A DNA stretch of 64,000 nt from Azolla caroliniana (GCA_043228905.1 JBHGNT010000009.1:13206001-13270000); one strand, 5' to 3'. Shown: positions 9,992-22,679, counted from the first letter of the stretch. A program made the numbers and translations. Notes: generated from the letters alone by a model not told the origin.

Positions 9992-12703
9992 ATGGTCCGC
10001 TCAGAGGTGGACGCAGATGAGCGGCGTGGCAAAGATGAGGAGGGGGAGGGGAAGGAGGAGGGGGAGGAGCAGGAGCAGGAGCGTATGAAGGAGAGAGGAG
10101 GAGGGGACAGGTCCAAGGACAGGCACGGTGAGAAAGAGAAGCACAGACGGGACAAGGAAAAGGAGCGCGACAGAGCGAAAGACAGGGAGGATCATCATCA
10201 TCACAGGGATCATCATCATCATCATCACAGAGACAGGGACAGGGACAGGGACAGGGACTATGAGAAGGACAGCAGAGAAAAAGAACGGAACCGGGAGAGG
10301 GAGAGGGAGAGGGAGAGAGAAAGAGAAAGAGAGCGTGAGCGTGAGCGTGATAAAGAGAGGGAACACGTGAGAGACAAACTCCGAGATGGCTCCAAGGATG
10401 TCGACAAGGAGAGTGAAAGAGAGAGGATCAAAGATGCTGCCAAACACAGGGACAAAGATAAGGAAGACAAGAAGAAAGACAAAGTCAAACAGATGGGTAC
10501 CGATGGAGATACAGCAAGAGACGAAGACAAAGGTAGGGATACCGATGCTGCTAAGGTAAGAAAGAAAGAGAAGGATAATAGAGACAAGGATGTGGAGAAT
10601 GACAGAGAGAAAGACAGGGAGAGGGAGAGAGGTAGAGAAAGAGAAAGAGAGAAAAATAGAGACAAGGGAAAGGATAAAGAGAAAGAGAGAGAGAAATCCG
10701 TGGATAGAGAGCCCGATAGCAGAGGGAGATCTATGAAAGATGATCCCAAAGAAAATGAGCCCTTAGAAGCTGGGGAAGTTGATGTTACTGAGATTGAGAA
10801 GAAGGGTGGGGCAAACGAGATCTATGCATGGGTCAACAAGAGTAGGAGCCTGGAAGAGCGAAAGAAGATCGAAGATAGAATCAAGGCTGCAAGGATGGCA
10901 CGACTTCTGTCAGAGCAGGACAGTGCAGGCGAAAGCGAGGATGAGAAGGAGACTCTCTATGGTGCAAAGGATTTGGCTGGTCTTAAAGTGTTACATGGTA
11001 TTGACAAAGTAATGGAAGGCGGTGCAGTTGTTCTTACACTGAAAGACAAAAGTGTTCTGGATGGAGATGATGTGAATGATGAGACAGATGAGCTGGAAAA
11101 CCTTGAGATCGCTGAACAAAAAGCTCGGGATGATGCCTACAAAGCTGCGAAGAAGAAATCAGGTGCTTATGAGGATAAATTTCAGAATGATATAAATGCT
11201 GTTCGAACAATGCTTCCACAATATGATGATGAAATGAAGGATGTCGGTATGGAGTTGGATGAGTCGGGAGGTTTGAATGCAGAGGGTCGCTCAAGGCTGG
11301 AAGAGCTAAAAAGAAAACTCCAAGGGTTTGAAGAGAAATCATATGAGAGCTTATCTGGGGGTGCAAGCGTGGCATCGGAATTTTATACTCAAGAGGAGAT
11401 GTTGCAGTTTAACAAGCCGAAGAATAAGAAGAAGAAGCTTCGCAAGAAGGCTGTACTTGACCTGGATGCCTTAGAGGCGCAGGCAAAGGCAGAGGGTCTG
11501 GGTGATGCTGACCGTGGAAATCGATCTTCACATGAGAGGCAGGCGGTAAAGCTGGAGAAAGAGAGAGCAGAGGAAGAGTTGCGAAGGTCTGCATATTTGA
11601 ATGCTTATGCAAAAGCTGTTGATGCATCATTGAAGTTGAAAATGGGAAATAATCTAGAAACAGGAGATGACCCTGGTGTGTTTGGAGGTGATGAGGATGA
11701 TGAGCTTGAGAGGGTTTTACAAAGAGCTCGGCAGGCAGCTTTGAAGAAGCAAGTGGAGAATGGAGGAACTGTTTCAGTAGGCCCACAGGCTGTGGCAGTG
11801 GCTTTGCAACAATCAACTGCTGGGGTCGATATGGAGGCAGAGAGCAGCATGGACAAGTCCACTGTGGTCATCACTGACATGGAGGAGTTCTGTCGCAGCC
11901 TACAGTTGGATGAGATTCTGATGAGAAGGCCAGGAGCAAAGGATGCATTTGAGGAAGACGGTGAACCTGCTGCTGCTGCTGATAATGATGATGATGTGAT
12001 GGCAGTTGCCAAACGTACTGGGGGTTGGACAGAAGTCAAAGAAGAGCATGAAGACAAAGAGATGGAGGAGGTGAAAATGGAAGATGAGTCGGACAAAGAG
12101 GAGGTCGTGTCAGAAGTTTCTGTTGGCAAGGGCTTAGCTGGTGCATTGCAACTTCTTAAGGAGAGAGGTACTCTTAAAGAGACGGTGGAATGGGGTGGAA
12201 GGAATATGGACAAAAAGAAAAGCAAACTTGTTGGCATTGCGGACAAAGAAGAGAAATTCAGGAACAGGGAAATCATCCTTGATAGAGTCGATGAATTTGG
12301 AAGAACCATGACACCTAAAGAGGCTTTTAGGAAACTGTCACATAAATTTCATGGCAAAGGCCCTGGTAAAATGAAACAAGAGAAAAAAATGAAGCAATAT
12401 GAAGAAGAGATGAAGTTGAAGCAAATGAGTGCTGGAGATACTCCTCTTTTGTCTATGGAAAAGATGAGAGAGGCTCAGGCTAAGATGCATACACCATATA
12501 TTGTTATAAGTGGGCACATCAAACCAGGACAAACTAGTGATCCCAGAAGTGGTTTTGCTACCGTGGAGAAGGCATCTATCGGTAGCTTGACTCCAATGCT
12601 TGGTGATAAGAAGGTGGAGCATTTTCTTGGAATCAAGCGAAAGCCAGATGCTGGAAGCATGAAACCTCCTCTTCCAAAGAAACCTAAGCAAGATGCGGAA
12701 TGA
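9992..12703 (+). CDS. SART1: SART-1 family U4/U6.U5 tri-snRNP-associated protein (Snu66; plant DOT2/MDF-like), 903 aa, single exon
   Basis: Uninterrupted ORF with an RD/RE-rich N-terminus, then SART-1 motifs LAGLKVLHG...VLTLKDKSVL, LPQYDDE, VGKGLAGALQLLKERG, DEFGRTMTPKEAFRKLSHKFHGKGPGKMKQEK and the plant-type tail GDKKVEHFLGIKRK. No N-terminal HIND motif, as expected for plant Snu66. Confidence 0.96.
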   Translation: MVRSEVDADERRGKDEEGEGKEEGEEQEQERMKERGGGDRSKDRHGEKEKHRRDKEKERDRAKDREDHHHHRDHHHHHHRDRDRDRDRDYEKDSREKERNRERERERERERERERERERDKEREHVRDKLRDGSKDVDKESERERIKDAAKHRDKDKEDKKKDKVKQMGTDGDTARDEDKGRDTDAAKVRKKEKDNRDKDVENDREKDRERERGREREREKNRDKGKDKEKEREKSVDREPDSRGRSMKDDPKENEPLEAGEVDVTEIEKKGGANEIYAWVNKSRSLEERKKIEDRIKAARMARLLSEQDSAGESEDEKETLYGAKDLAGLKVLHGIDKVMEGGAVVLTLKDKSVLDGDDVNDETDELENLEIAEQKARDDAYKAAKKKSGAYEDKFQNDINAVRTMLPQYDDEMKDVGMELDESGGLNAEGRSRLEELKRKLQGFEEKSYESLSGGASVASEFYTQEEMLQFNKPKNKKKKLRKKAVLDLDALEAQAKAEGLGDADRGNRSSHERQAVKLEKERAEEELRRSAYLNAYAKAVDASLKLKMGNNLETGDDPGVFGGDEDDELERVLQRARQAALKKQVENGGTVSVGPQAVAVALQQSTAGVDMEAESSMDKSTVVITDMEEFCRSLQLDEILMRRPGAKDAFEEDGEPAAAADNDDDVMAVAKRTGGWTEVKEEHEDKEMEEVKMEDESDKEEVVSEVSVGKGLAGALQLLKERGTLKETVEWGGRNMDKKKSKLVGIADKEEKFRNREIILDRVDEFGRTMTPKEAFRKLSHKFHGKGPGKMKQEKKMKQYEEEMKLKQMSAGDTPLLSMEKMREAQAKMHTPYIVISGHIKPGQTSDPRSGFATVEKASIGSLTPMLGDKKVEHFLGIKRKPDAGSMKPPLPKKPKQDAE

Positions 12704-15650
12704 AATACCAAAGAAAGCTATGTATGTAGCTTTCTAACTGTTTTCTCAAAAGCATTGTGGGTGGTATCCCCCAGGCTGTTCCCTAAAAGCTTTCATGTGA
12801 GATCCCTTCTTTTATAAATTATTCATGAATGCTTGTGAACCCGTGGCTATGTTTCTGGATTGTTAGCCTGTGCTGGTTCTCTGTACTTTGCTGTGTTAAG
12901 TTCCAGTTTTTATCCGACAGATTCGCTCTCTCTCTCTCTCTATCTGTCGACAGTGTTGCTTTAAAATTTACATACATTGCTGTCAAAAGCTTCCTCATCA
13001 TTTAGGATTGCTGAGAATAAATGGAGAAAAGTTTTGACGCTTGAAAGGTGAAGGTGAAAGTTCATGTGCCGTACTGATTCTTTTACCATTTGTGATGTGT
13101 GCAACTCTTTTAGTAGATGTTCTTCATTTCTGCTTGTCCCATTGGCCATGTTTTCTGAGTGAAGTTCAATAGAATATTTCATTGCAGCTCTGTCATCCAT
13201 GTCCATTTACAAACTTAGTGTTTGATTCATATCATTTTACTAGATTTAGACATTGTTACAGTAACTATGAGAGTCAAGATTATTACAAAGGATCTTGAGG
13301 GACAATGTAACAGCCAATGGAATCATGCTATCTTGTTAACCTGCTTCTCATGGGGTGTGGGCAAATTTCCTTATGCTGTGACCAACATGTGCGCTACTTT
13401 GTTGGCATGCATTCATTGTCTATTTACATGCTACATGCTATATCTTGAAAATATTGTAATAATGATCTGAAACAGTCTCATTTGTTTTTGAACCAGTGTC
13501 CTTGGGGGATGGCCCATGAAGGTGACACGATTTGAATTTTTTACATTTCAGCTCATGAAAAGTTAGAAGTAGCAATTTTTTTTCTATTTCTTGTAGTAGT
13601 ATCAAATTTTTTGAAAGTAGTCTGACTTACATGATTGATGCACTATTTGCCAAGTTATAACAATGATAGCATCAAGTTTTATGGTACACATGGAAAGGCG
13701 TCAAGTTGACCAAGGAGCGGTGACTGTGTTGCAAAGGATTGTTCCATTTGCATGCTGTGCCCCTCAAGAAAGTAGAAAACTAATAATATATTCACTGTGT
13801 TTTCATTTTCTCAATGAAACTGCAAGTAGTAATGAGCTTGTAATTATATCATTCTTAAGAATTAAAAGTGGATATGCCCTATCTGGGAGCTTTATCTTAA
13901 TTGATAGCGACTTCATTTAGTTTGAAATGTTTTTGGCAAGGTATTGAGATCTCAACATCTCCATCCAGTTACGTGGAGAAATCACGTTTTTATATTAAGT
14001 AGCACAGGGAGACTAGTGTTTTGTTCCCAAAGAGTGACAGCACTACCCACATGTCATGACCTGGGCAACACGCAATACGTCAAATACATTCACCTTACAT
14101 ACTCATAGAGGTATCGTGAGTGGTTGTATTGCATGGTGGACTATGACAATAATCTTAATGTTTACTATGCTACTATTTTAATAGGAAATATGATATGCTC
14201 TTTTCATTTTCCTATGTAAAAGAGTTGCATTTTACAACATTGAAGCAAGCAAGCATTGTAAACAGCAAGCACCACAAATTATGACGTTGGTTTTTGGCAA
14301 CACTATTTGACAAACATGTACTTCTAGTGACAAATGTCCAAGATGAAGATTACTAAAACAAAATGTCTTTCAAGCAGCAAATATGATGATACATTGTACC
14401 ATGTGGTTCTACAATATGAAGGTTATATTACTATTTGGAGTACTTTCAACTGAAAGGTCAGTGCGTTTGGAACCATTTCATTCATGGTTGGGGCTGTCAA
14501 ATTTCTTCATCCCTCCATTTGCCTCACATTGTTTTGTTTCTAAGAGTCATAGAAGTGGGGGTGTGGTCACATATCTGTCTTTTTTTTCCGAGAATAGTGA
14601 TTTCGTTCTCTCAAAAATCGGTAATGTTACTACTACAAAGGAATAATTTGATAATTCTAGGGAAACGAGCTTACTTTGTACTTTAGTAGCTGGTAAAGAT
14701 CAAGTGTCAGCAACTACAATATGGCGCCGAAATGAGTGCAATCATAAATAGTAACCAACCGCCTAAATGTGTAGCTAGTAAGTTTTACAATTCTCAGTAC
14801 CATTGTAATTTGATCAAAAAGCGAATTTGGTTTGCTGAAGGGAAGCTCTCAGATGTAAATGAAGATATGAAATATGTCAGTAATGTATGTTTGTAGTTTT
14901 TTTTTTCCAAAATGAATCTACTTTCCCATTAGTTAGGTGTATGTTTGTAGTTTTATTGCATCGTGCTTGAATTTGCGTTACAAGCAACCTATATATTTAT
15001 TGTGCATGGGCATACTTTTGCATTGATTCAGTGGTTGAAGAGAAGCTCATAAAAAAACTACGTCAAACTCTCCACTACACAACATTACATATCATCAAGT
15101 CAAGAAAGAGAAAACAATGCTCCAGATTTTAAACAATCATATCATTCATTGCTCATACTCAAAGATGTAAAGTGCGGGTTGGTAAATTTCTCCCACAAAT
15201 TGGGGCAAGTTGTTGTATTTGAAGAGATTATCTAACATATAGCTCAAATCTAGAAAATATATGGGGAACAAGATTTTGTGGAAGGAAATGGGTGTGGTTG
15301 GGTGCGTTATAATAAACTGCTTGTCATGAACTATGAAATCTGCAGTGCGGGAGGTTTGGGGCTTTTCCGTTCTGTTTGGTTCCAACTATCACATCTCTTG
15401 TCTGCCAACGGCCCAAAGTAATATTTGTATAGATAATTTGAGAGGAATGTGAATACAACCATAAAAAACATACCTGGTACTAGGTAGCAACAAACAGACT
15501 TAGAGGAATGTGAATAATAAACCTATAAACGTCCAGCCCAGCCCAGCCAGTATAGTATAGCAAGCAATGAACCGAGAGGAACGTGGATAAAATCATAAAA
15601 CCATTATTCTTTGTTTGTACGTATTATATATGTATGTGTGTATGTATGTA

Positions 15651-15654
<4 letters not shown>

Positions 15655-15712
<58 letters not shown>
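15655..15712. repeat. (TG)n and (TATG)n microsatellite about 100-160 bp upstream of the COA4-like start codon
   Basis: Directly visible dinucleotide and tetranucleotide run. Confidence 0.9.
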
Positions 15713-15713
<1 letters not shown>

Positions 15714-15815
15714 ATGTAGACAGTAGATGAAAGAAACCTCTGCTGTGATCTCAATCTACAGAAGAACGAAGCCCTAAATATGCCTTCTCTCCGTGTCGGC
15801 TAAAAAAAAACCCTG

Positions 15816-16334
15816 ATGGCGACTCAGACACCATTGTCTCCTCCTCCTTCGCCCCCAATTTTACCAGTTCGGCAGCTACATGCAGGAGTGAACCCAGAAA
15901 AAGAAGAAGATGATGAGGACCCTGTTCCTCTGATGAAGCAGTTAGGGGCCTGCGCTAAACCATATATCGCTCTGCAGGTAATTGACCAAGATCTAGGGAG
16001 GGTTACAGAGGTATTCTGTGTGTATGCGAGTTATCATATCAAAATGAAGTATATAATCTGTAATCTTGGCGGCTGCTGCAGGACTGCCTGATGGATACTA
16101 ACCGAAGCTGGACCTCCTGCCAGACAGGTAGGGTAAGGAGGCAGTACGCATAGCACACATGGATTGATTGGCTGATTTATTACTATTATCAAATCGTGAA
16201 TTCCTCCTCCTTTTTCTAAAAACTTGGCAGAAGTGAAACTGCTGAAGGCTTGCCATGACCAGCAGAGAAGCTCGGAAGGAGGGAGAGAGAGTTCAATCAG
16301 GCACCAAAGCCTCGAAGAGTCCCTTGATAGATAG
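15816..16334 (+). CDS. COA4: Twin-CX9C (CHCH) mitochondrial intermembrane-space protein, cytochrome c oxidase assembly factor 4-like; exons 15816-15977, 16082-16127, 16231-16334 (103 aa)
   Basis: GT-AG introns 15978-16081 and 16128-16230 join in frame to give ...EEDDEDPVPLMKQLGA-C-AKPYIALQD-C-LMDTNRSWTS-C-QTEVKLLKA-C-HDQQR...; exact CX9C-X10-CX9C spacing with the acidic patch and W-x-x-CQ typical of COA4. Confidence 0.88.
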
Positions 16335-19300
16335 GTATCTAGATACATAGATAGATTGCAAAATGAAATTTTTACTTGGCCAGTGTGTGAAATTGGATGG
16401 ACATTCATATAAAAGAGAGGTAGGCCAGGTATATTTGTATGCTTCAAATCCCACAGGCTAATTAATAATCCTTTCATCAGAATCATATTCCTGTCTTCCG
16501 CATCAATTATTTCCTCATTGATTCATTTGCAGTTCTGTAATAAATGTATACACATGCTTTTCTCTTTGGATCTGCAACTTCTTTTTATAATATATGCTCT
16601 TTTCTTAAAACAAACAAATCTCTAACTACCACATCTGTGTGCATCCTCATTCATGAGTGGAGATAACAGATAGACAGATAGATGAGCACACTTAAATCTT
16701 CCAGTGGAAGAAGGGAGACCCGTCTAGGAGAATTTTGTCGTCCTACTACTGTTGGGTTGGGTTTTTCCCTGCTCTAACCAGAAGAAACTCTCTGTCTGTT
16801 TGTTACTAACATCAATCTCCCCCTCTTCTTGCCATTATTTTCAAGGGTAACGAGACATTCTCTGTTTTTGGTAGAAAATGATAAAGGAAGGAATGAAGAA
16901 GTTTGTTGAAGCAGTCACAGCATTGACCATTGGAACATTATTCAGGTGGCTCCATTGTTGCCTGCATAAACCATTTGTTTTGCATATGACGAGTAGAGTG
17001 TGTGTATGGTTGGTTGGTACATCGACACCATTTCATGATGTGGTCTTTTTACGTTTCAAAGAGTAGTGAGAGAGATTGAAAAATCATTTGTTTCATGATA
17101 TGTCATGAATGAAAGCAAATTGTGTGACAGACACATTATGCTCTGCTTCTTCTTCAATGGAAGGAAAGAGTTTCAGACGGTGGAGATTTTGACGACTTCT
17201 CAGGCTGACTCCCTCACATGAAGAGAAGAAGAATTACAGGGAATGCAAGCAACACATTTTTTCTTTAGGTGCCAAGATTTTTATTCTCCTACTATCACAA
17301 TTCTTGATCAAGCCAAATGGAGTCCTCCAAGTTGAAATAATGGTAGTCTTTTATACAACCTCTACTCTTACCCTACAGGAATAGACAAAGCAACGGATAA
17401 AGCCAAATACAGGAATGTTTAATAGATTATCGGATATGTAGTATTCACAAAATGATAAGGGAGTAAAAGGAGTACCAGCTAACAGTGTTTTTTTAGTAGT
17501 TGGCAAAAGTAGTTTCTCTTACCTTCCTAATTTGCCTACAATAAGTGCCAGACACATATGAATTGATAGGTCAAAAAGTCATCCAACTAATAGTTGTGAT
17601 CTTAATCAACTACCTTGGTGGAAACTTAGCACGCACATCATTGGTTGTAAGCAATGGAAAAGAGAAAAATAGGTGGTAAATGCATCTCCATCATGGTACA
17701 AACACAAACTCGAGTGAGTTCAATTCCTAGGCATCATAATCTTGATAGAGATTTACATGTCCTACTTTGTTTAGTTACAACTTAAAACATGAATAGTTGG
17801 GAGCAGCGGATAGTTACCACCATTCATAACAGTGCAAGTATTATCTTTGCCTTTGCACTCTCACAATATGAATGTGTTTATTTCAGGTTTGCCTGAATGT
17901 ATGGAGATGTATAAAGGTACAAATGTTTAAAATATACAAATGATTATATAGATTTGTGTGATTGAATCTGTCTAGTGTACAATTAATGTGTGTAGAAAAG
18001 GAAAACTTGACGTATGTACAAATACCTACAGATATAAGAATGAGTAGGTGTTTGAATGACTGCATGTATGAATAGTTATTTGAATGCAGGCATATAGATT
18101 GGAAGAATGCGTATAATGCAAATTATCATATGAATTGATGTATGTGTGGTGATGACTGATCAAATAAATGTGTGTATACTGAATCATATTGAATGCCTAT
18201 TCGCTGAATGTTGCGTTCTATGAAATGCATATCCACAAGTGTATGTTTTAATGAGTGGGTATGCATGTTGTATGTTTAATCTTATGAAGGTATTAACGCA
18301 TATGCCTGATTTAGAGACATTGGCAACCTAGATGATGTACGTAGGTAGGAAGGTAGGTAGGTGCAAACTGCAATTACCATGGGTAAAGAAAGTTACTAGG
18401 AATCAACAACGATTTCAGTTTCAGCTTAACCAGTTAACTTGTCCAATCCAAACCATAAGCGGTTTAGAGCTGGCATGTCGTCAAACCAATTTACAGAACC
18501 TTAGACCTCAGCTATACAGTATAAAAACGGTGTAACAGTTTGGTTAATGCCGGAACCGAGCCACTGGCAATTCCTCGTTATTATCTAAAGTTAACGTATC
18601 AGGTACACGTGAGAGACGTAACACATCCCTGTGTTGGCATGGCATGGCATGTCAGCATTGCCAACACAAACATATATCGGAAAAGTTGAAAGCTCATCTC
18701 AGGGGTATGGGTTGTAGCCAGAATCTGAACCGAACGCAACACACCTAATCCCATTAAAAACCAACACTTTGAAGCATTTTCCACTAAGATATCAAAAGGA
18801 GGTTGCCTTCACCTTACAATAATATATATATATATATATACTCAAAAGAGGTCAAAATATTGTTTGAAGGACACTCGCAACAACGCCATCTCCTTGATAT
18901 ATATTTGGTTGCGAATTGGGCGGAGCACTTACGATAATGTTGTTCGCAAGAATTGGTATCAATAGCACAAAGAAATGGCATTCAGCAATCCAGTCTCAAA
19001 AAAGACCCTGTGGACTTCTCTCTTTGCATTTCTTAAAAGATATAAATGCATGCTTCCACAAATTATAAGACCTTAACTTTCTTTCCCCCTATACATAGCC
19101 TTCTCTTCTCTACATACCAGACAAGACGCTCCATCCTAGCAATATAGAGCCTTATATTATTATTATAGTTCTGATGAGGACGATGGTTGTCATTCCACCT
19201 CAAATATGCCCAATGGTCGCATTAGATCTGATGAGGATGCCATTTAAATGGTCAAAAATCCTCATCTTTACCACATCCCAGATAGAACCAATCAAAAGAA

Positions 19301-19925
19301 GGGAGACATCTTTTATGCCGGGTACATCATCCTGTCCATCGAATAACAAGATCCCTTCTCTCTCGCACCATCCTAATTGTGATTGATGAAAAGAGAATTC
19401 CCACTAGGGAATGCAAATCAGATAAAGAGATTTTGTTGTCACGACATGAGAGACGGTAGAAGTTGAAAGTTAAAAAGATAGAAGAACAGTTAAGATCAAG
19501 AGAAGCTCTCAGACAGGGCCAAGATTTCCACACGCAGAAAAGAGACGAGACAGCAGAAACGATCAGTATGAAAGTTCTCACACGCCAATACTTCCCTTCT
19601 CCTTCTACTCTCTCGCGCTCTTCCTCTCATCGAGAGGGTAAGAGCTCTTGCTTTCCTTCCCAGGCAAAAGTAAGGGAAAAAGGACTGAAGCAATGAAACA
19701 AAGCGAGAGGAAGAGAGATTAGAAAAAGGGAAGGAGAGGGGCGGGAGAAACATTACATACAGAGCATCTCGCCTCCTTTCATCGAGAGTATTCAGTGTGG
19801 TTAAGACGGTTGTATCCTCATCGAGCTCTTGAAAAACAGAAAGGAGCAGGAGACGATGAAATTAAGCTCTACAACGTACGCCATCGCTGGGGCTTTGTTT
19901 CTCCGCAGTAGTGACAGGTTGTATG

Positions 19926-20779
19926 TGTATGTATGTATATGTAGTAGAACCAGAAGAAGGGAAAGGAAGGGGGCGGAAAGAAAGAAAGCCCTAGAAGATG
20001 AAGGAGGACGCTTGGTTTCACACCTGTCCGTCCGTCCGTCCGTCCGTCTCTTTCATGGAGGGCACGGCAGGGCAGCAGGATATGGGGATTAGGTTAACCC
20101 TCCTTACTTATTCCTCAATCCTTCCTTCTTCAGGTAGTAGCGGGGCCTAAATTTTCTTGATGAAGAACGTTTATTCGTGTTTCAAAGTGAACAAGAAGCA
20201 CAAGAAGTTGATGAAAATGAGAGCTTCACCAATGTGATGGCTTATCTTGATGATAATGCACAAGATGAGGATAATGATTTTGACGATGATGATATCAACT
20301 TGAATGAAGATTAGGAATGTTCGTTTTGATGTAACAACTCATTTTGGATATTTGTATGTATGTATATGTAGTAGAACCAGAAGAAGGGAAAGGAAGGGGG
20401 CGGAAAGAAAGAAAGCCCTAGAAGATGAAGGAGGACGCTTGGTTTCACACCTGTCCGTCCGTCCGTCCGTCCGTCTCTTTCATGGAGGGCACGGCAGGGC
20501 AGCAGGATATGGGGATTAGGTTAACCCTCCTTACTTATTCCTCAATCCTTCCTTCTTCAGGTAGTAGCGGGGCCTAAATTTTCTTGATGAAGAACGTTTA
20601 TTCGTGTTTCAAAGTGAACAAGAAGCACAAGAAGTTGATGAAAATGAGAGCTTCACCAATGTGATGGCTTATCTTGATGATAATGCACAAGATGAGGATA
20701 ATGATTTTGACGATGATGATATCAACTTGAATGAAGATTAGGAATGTTCGTTTTGATGTAACAACTCATTTTGGATATT
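19926..20779. repeat. Exact 427-bp tandem duplication (19926-20352 and 20353-20779)
   Basis: GTAGTAGAAC occurs at 19941 and 20368; the copies look identical and give identical ORF tails (19829 and 20304). Confidence 0.95.
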
Positions 20780-20864
20780 TGTTACTAGAAATTTACAAAA
20801 AAAAAGCATATTGTTATTAAGAAGGTAATGTGTTTTTTGCAATTTTCTTAACTTTTTTACCTTA
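20560..20864 (+). mobile_element. Probable 3' remnant of a hAT-type DNA transposon, cut off by copia D
   Basis: Acidic terminal frame EQEAQEVDENESFTNVMAYLDDNAQDEDNDFDDDDINLNED*, followed by AAAGCATATTGTTATTAAGAAGGTAATG, which recurs inside the 8-bp-TSD element at about 37141. Confidence 0.5.
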
Positions 20865-21542
20865 TGTTGAGCAGACAAGCTCAACCGTAACAGTCGTTAG
20901 AGGCCTACGATCCTAGCCTAGTACGTAGGCATATTTTAGGAGTCAGTGTTGGTTGCTCGTATGAGCATTGAAGTACTAGGTACTTATGTCAGTCCTTTCA
21001 AGGACTTGTATAAAAGTGCTCACTAAGCGCATTGTATGTACAAACAAAGTATTATTTTCGAAATTGAGTTTATGTTGTTCTGTTCCCGTGTATATTGTAT
21101 GTTCCACGCTCTCCATCAAACATGTATTTGTTTTCTGTTGCTATCTGATGATGCCGATTTTGTCTACAAGGTTCCGTACACTACTTTTACATGGTGTCAT
21201 AAAGACATACATTAACCAGGAATCGAACCCACAACTTCTTGGTCTATGTGTTGAACCCTTAACCATTGTAATAACATATATGATATGTAATTATAATAAT
21301 TATATTTTTAGTTATTACGAGATATTTAGAATATTCTAGAACATCCTTGAATATTTCATTATTATATTTATTATCATAAAATATCTAAAATATTCGAGAA
21401 CATTCTAGAACACTCCATAAGGATCTATAAATAAGTGTCCATTCATTCATCACAACTCATTCAGTTCAACACCCGTCTTTAGCCCTTAGCTTACTCTTTG
21501 TAATGTTGTTTCCTCATAATATAATCTCATTTCCATTTCAAG

Positions 21543-21588
<46 letters not shown>

Positions 21589-21606
21589 CTCACGAGTCAC
21601 GACAAT

Positions 21607-21617
21607 TTGAACCGAAT
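21607..21617 (+). promoter_or_regulatory. Non-tRNA (self-priming type) PBS of chromovirus E
   Basis: TTGAACCGAAT is the reverse complement of ATTCGGTTCAA in the 3' LTR (38509-38519; one mismatch in the 5' LTR at 21459-21469), which lies 33 nt after TATAAATA. Confidence 0.8.
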
Positions 21618-22679
21618 CCTTTGTTTTTCCTTTTCCAATAACCCTAGCAAACTTCCTTCTTTCTTTTCCCCCTTCAATTATGGAGTTTGTCAACAAGCAA
21701 GAGTATATGCATGTCCGTTCTGAGCTCGACATGCTCACGCCTAAGTTTGTGGCATTAGAGCAAGAAAATCAAAGGCTACTTGGGGATCTACAACAAGTGA
21801 GTACCGAGAAAGCTCATCAATATGAGGAGCTATCACGACGGGTTCATCAACTCGAGGCTACTATATTAACATTATGAGAACAAGCGGCGGGGGTTGAAAA
21901 CTCCCCAAGGGAACCAAAGATTAGCCTCCCCGCCAAGTTTGATGGTACCAGATCTCTGTTTTGAGGTTTCCTGAATCAAGTGTGTTTGGTGATTCAGTTA
22001 CATCCCAATCAGTACCCAATTGATGTTGCTCGTGTGGGATTAGTAGGAACCTTGCTAATCGGTACAACATTAGCATGGTTTGCACCACTTATTGCGAAGA
22101 AATCACCATTGTTGGAGGATTTTGAGGCATTTGTTAAGGAGTTTCAAGCTAGTTTTTGAGACACCGATAGCACTAGGACGACAATAAACAAGATTCAAAG
22201 AATACAACAGGCAGATCGTTCCACTTCAGCCTACGCAACAAATTTTTGTCTCTTGGCATGCGACATCCCTTGAGATGAGGCAACCTTAATGGATCAATTC
22301 CATTAGGGTTTGCGTAATGATGTCAAAGATCTTCTTCTTACTTTCCACGAAGATCCGAAGTCTCTTATAGAGGCCATTAGTCGAGCCGTGCGTTCTGAAC
22401 GTCTATTTGAGTGACATTCTGAACGTCAACAAATGCTATGCCGCCAACCGGAACAAACATACGCTTCAATAGTCACAACACCGCCACAAGTTCCCAGACC
22501 CGTTACGAGGGATGGTCCCACTCTGATGGAGATAGAGTCAACACAACGTCAAGGGCCCTTATCAGTTGTTGAGAAACGACGACGTCGGGCACATCGCCTA
22601 TGCCTCTATTGTGGTGGTCCATGACATATAGTCGTGAATTGTCCACATAAACCCAGACGTCAAGTTTACCAAGTAAGTG

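Noticed and set aside
10001-12711. Antisense and alternative-frame ORFs over the SART-1 gene
   Set aside because: Shadows of GA-rich repeats and codon bias of the real CDS.
16034-16486. 150-aa minus-strand ORF and the 91-aa unspliced ORF at 15816
   Set aside because: Better explained by the spliced plus-strand COA4-like gene; no recognisable motif of their own.
18360-18600. Possible MITE with AACC/GGTT-rich interior
   Set aside because: No convincing TIR pair or TSD could be defined.
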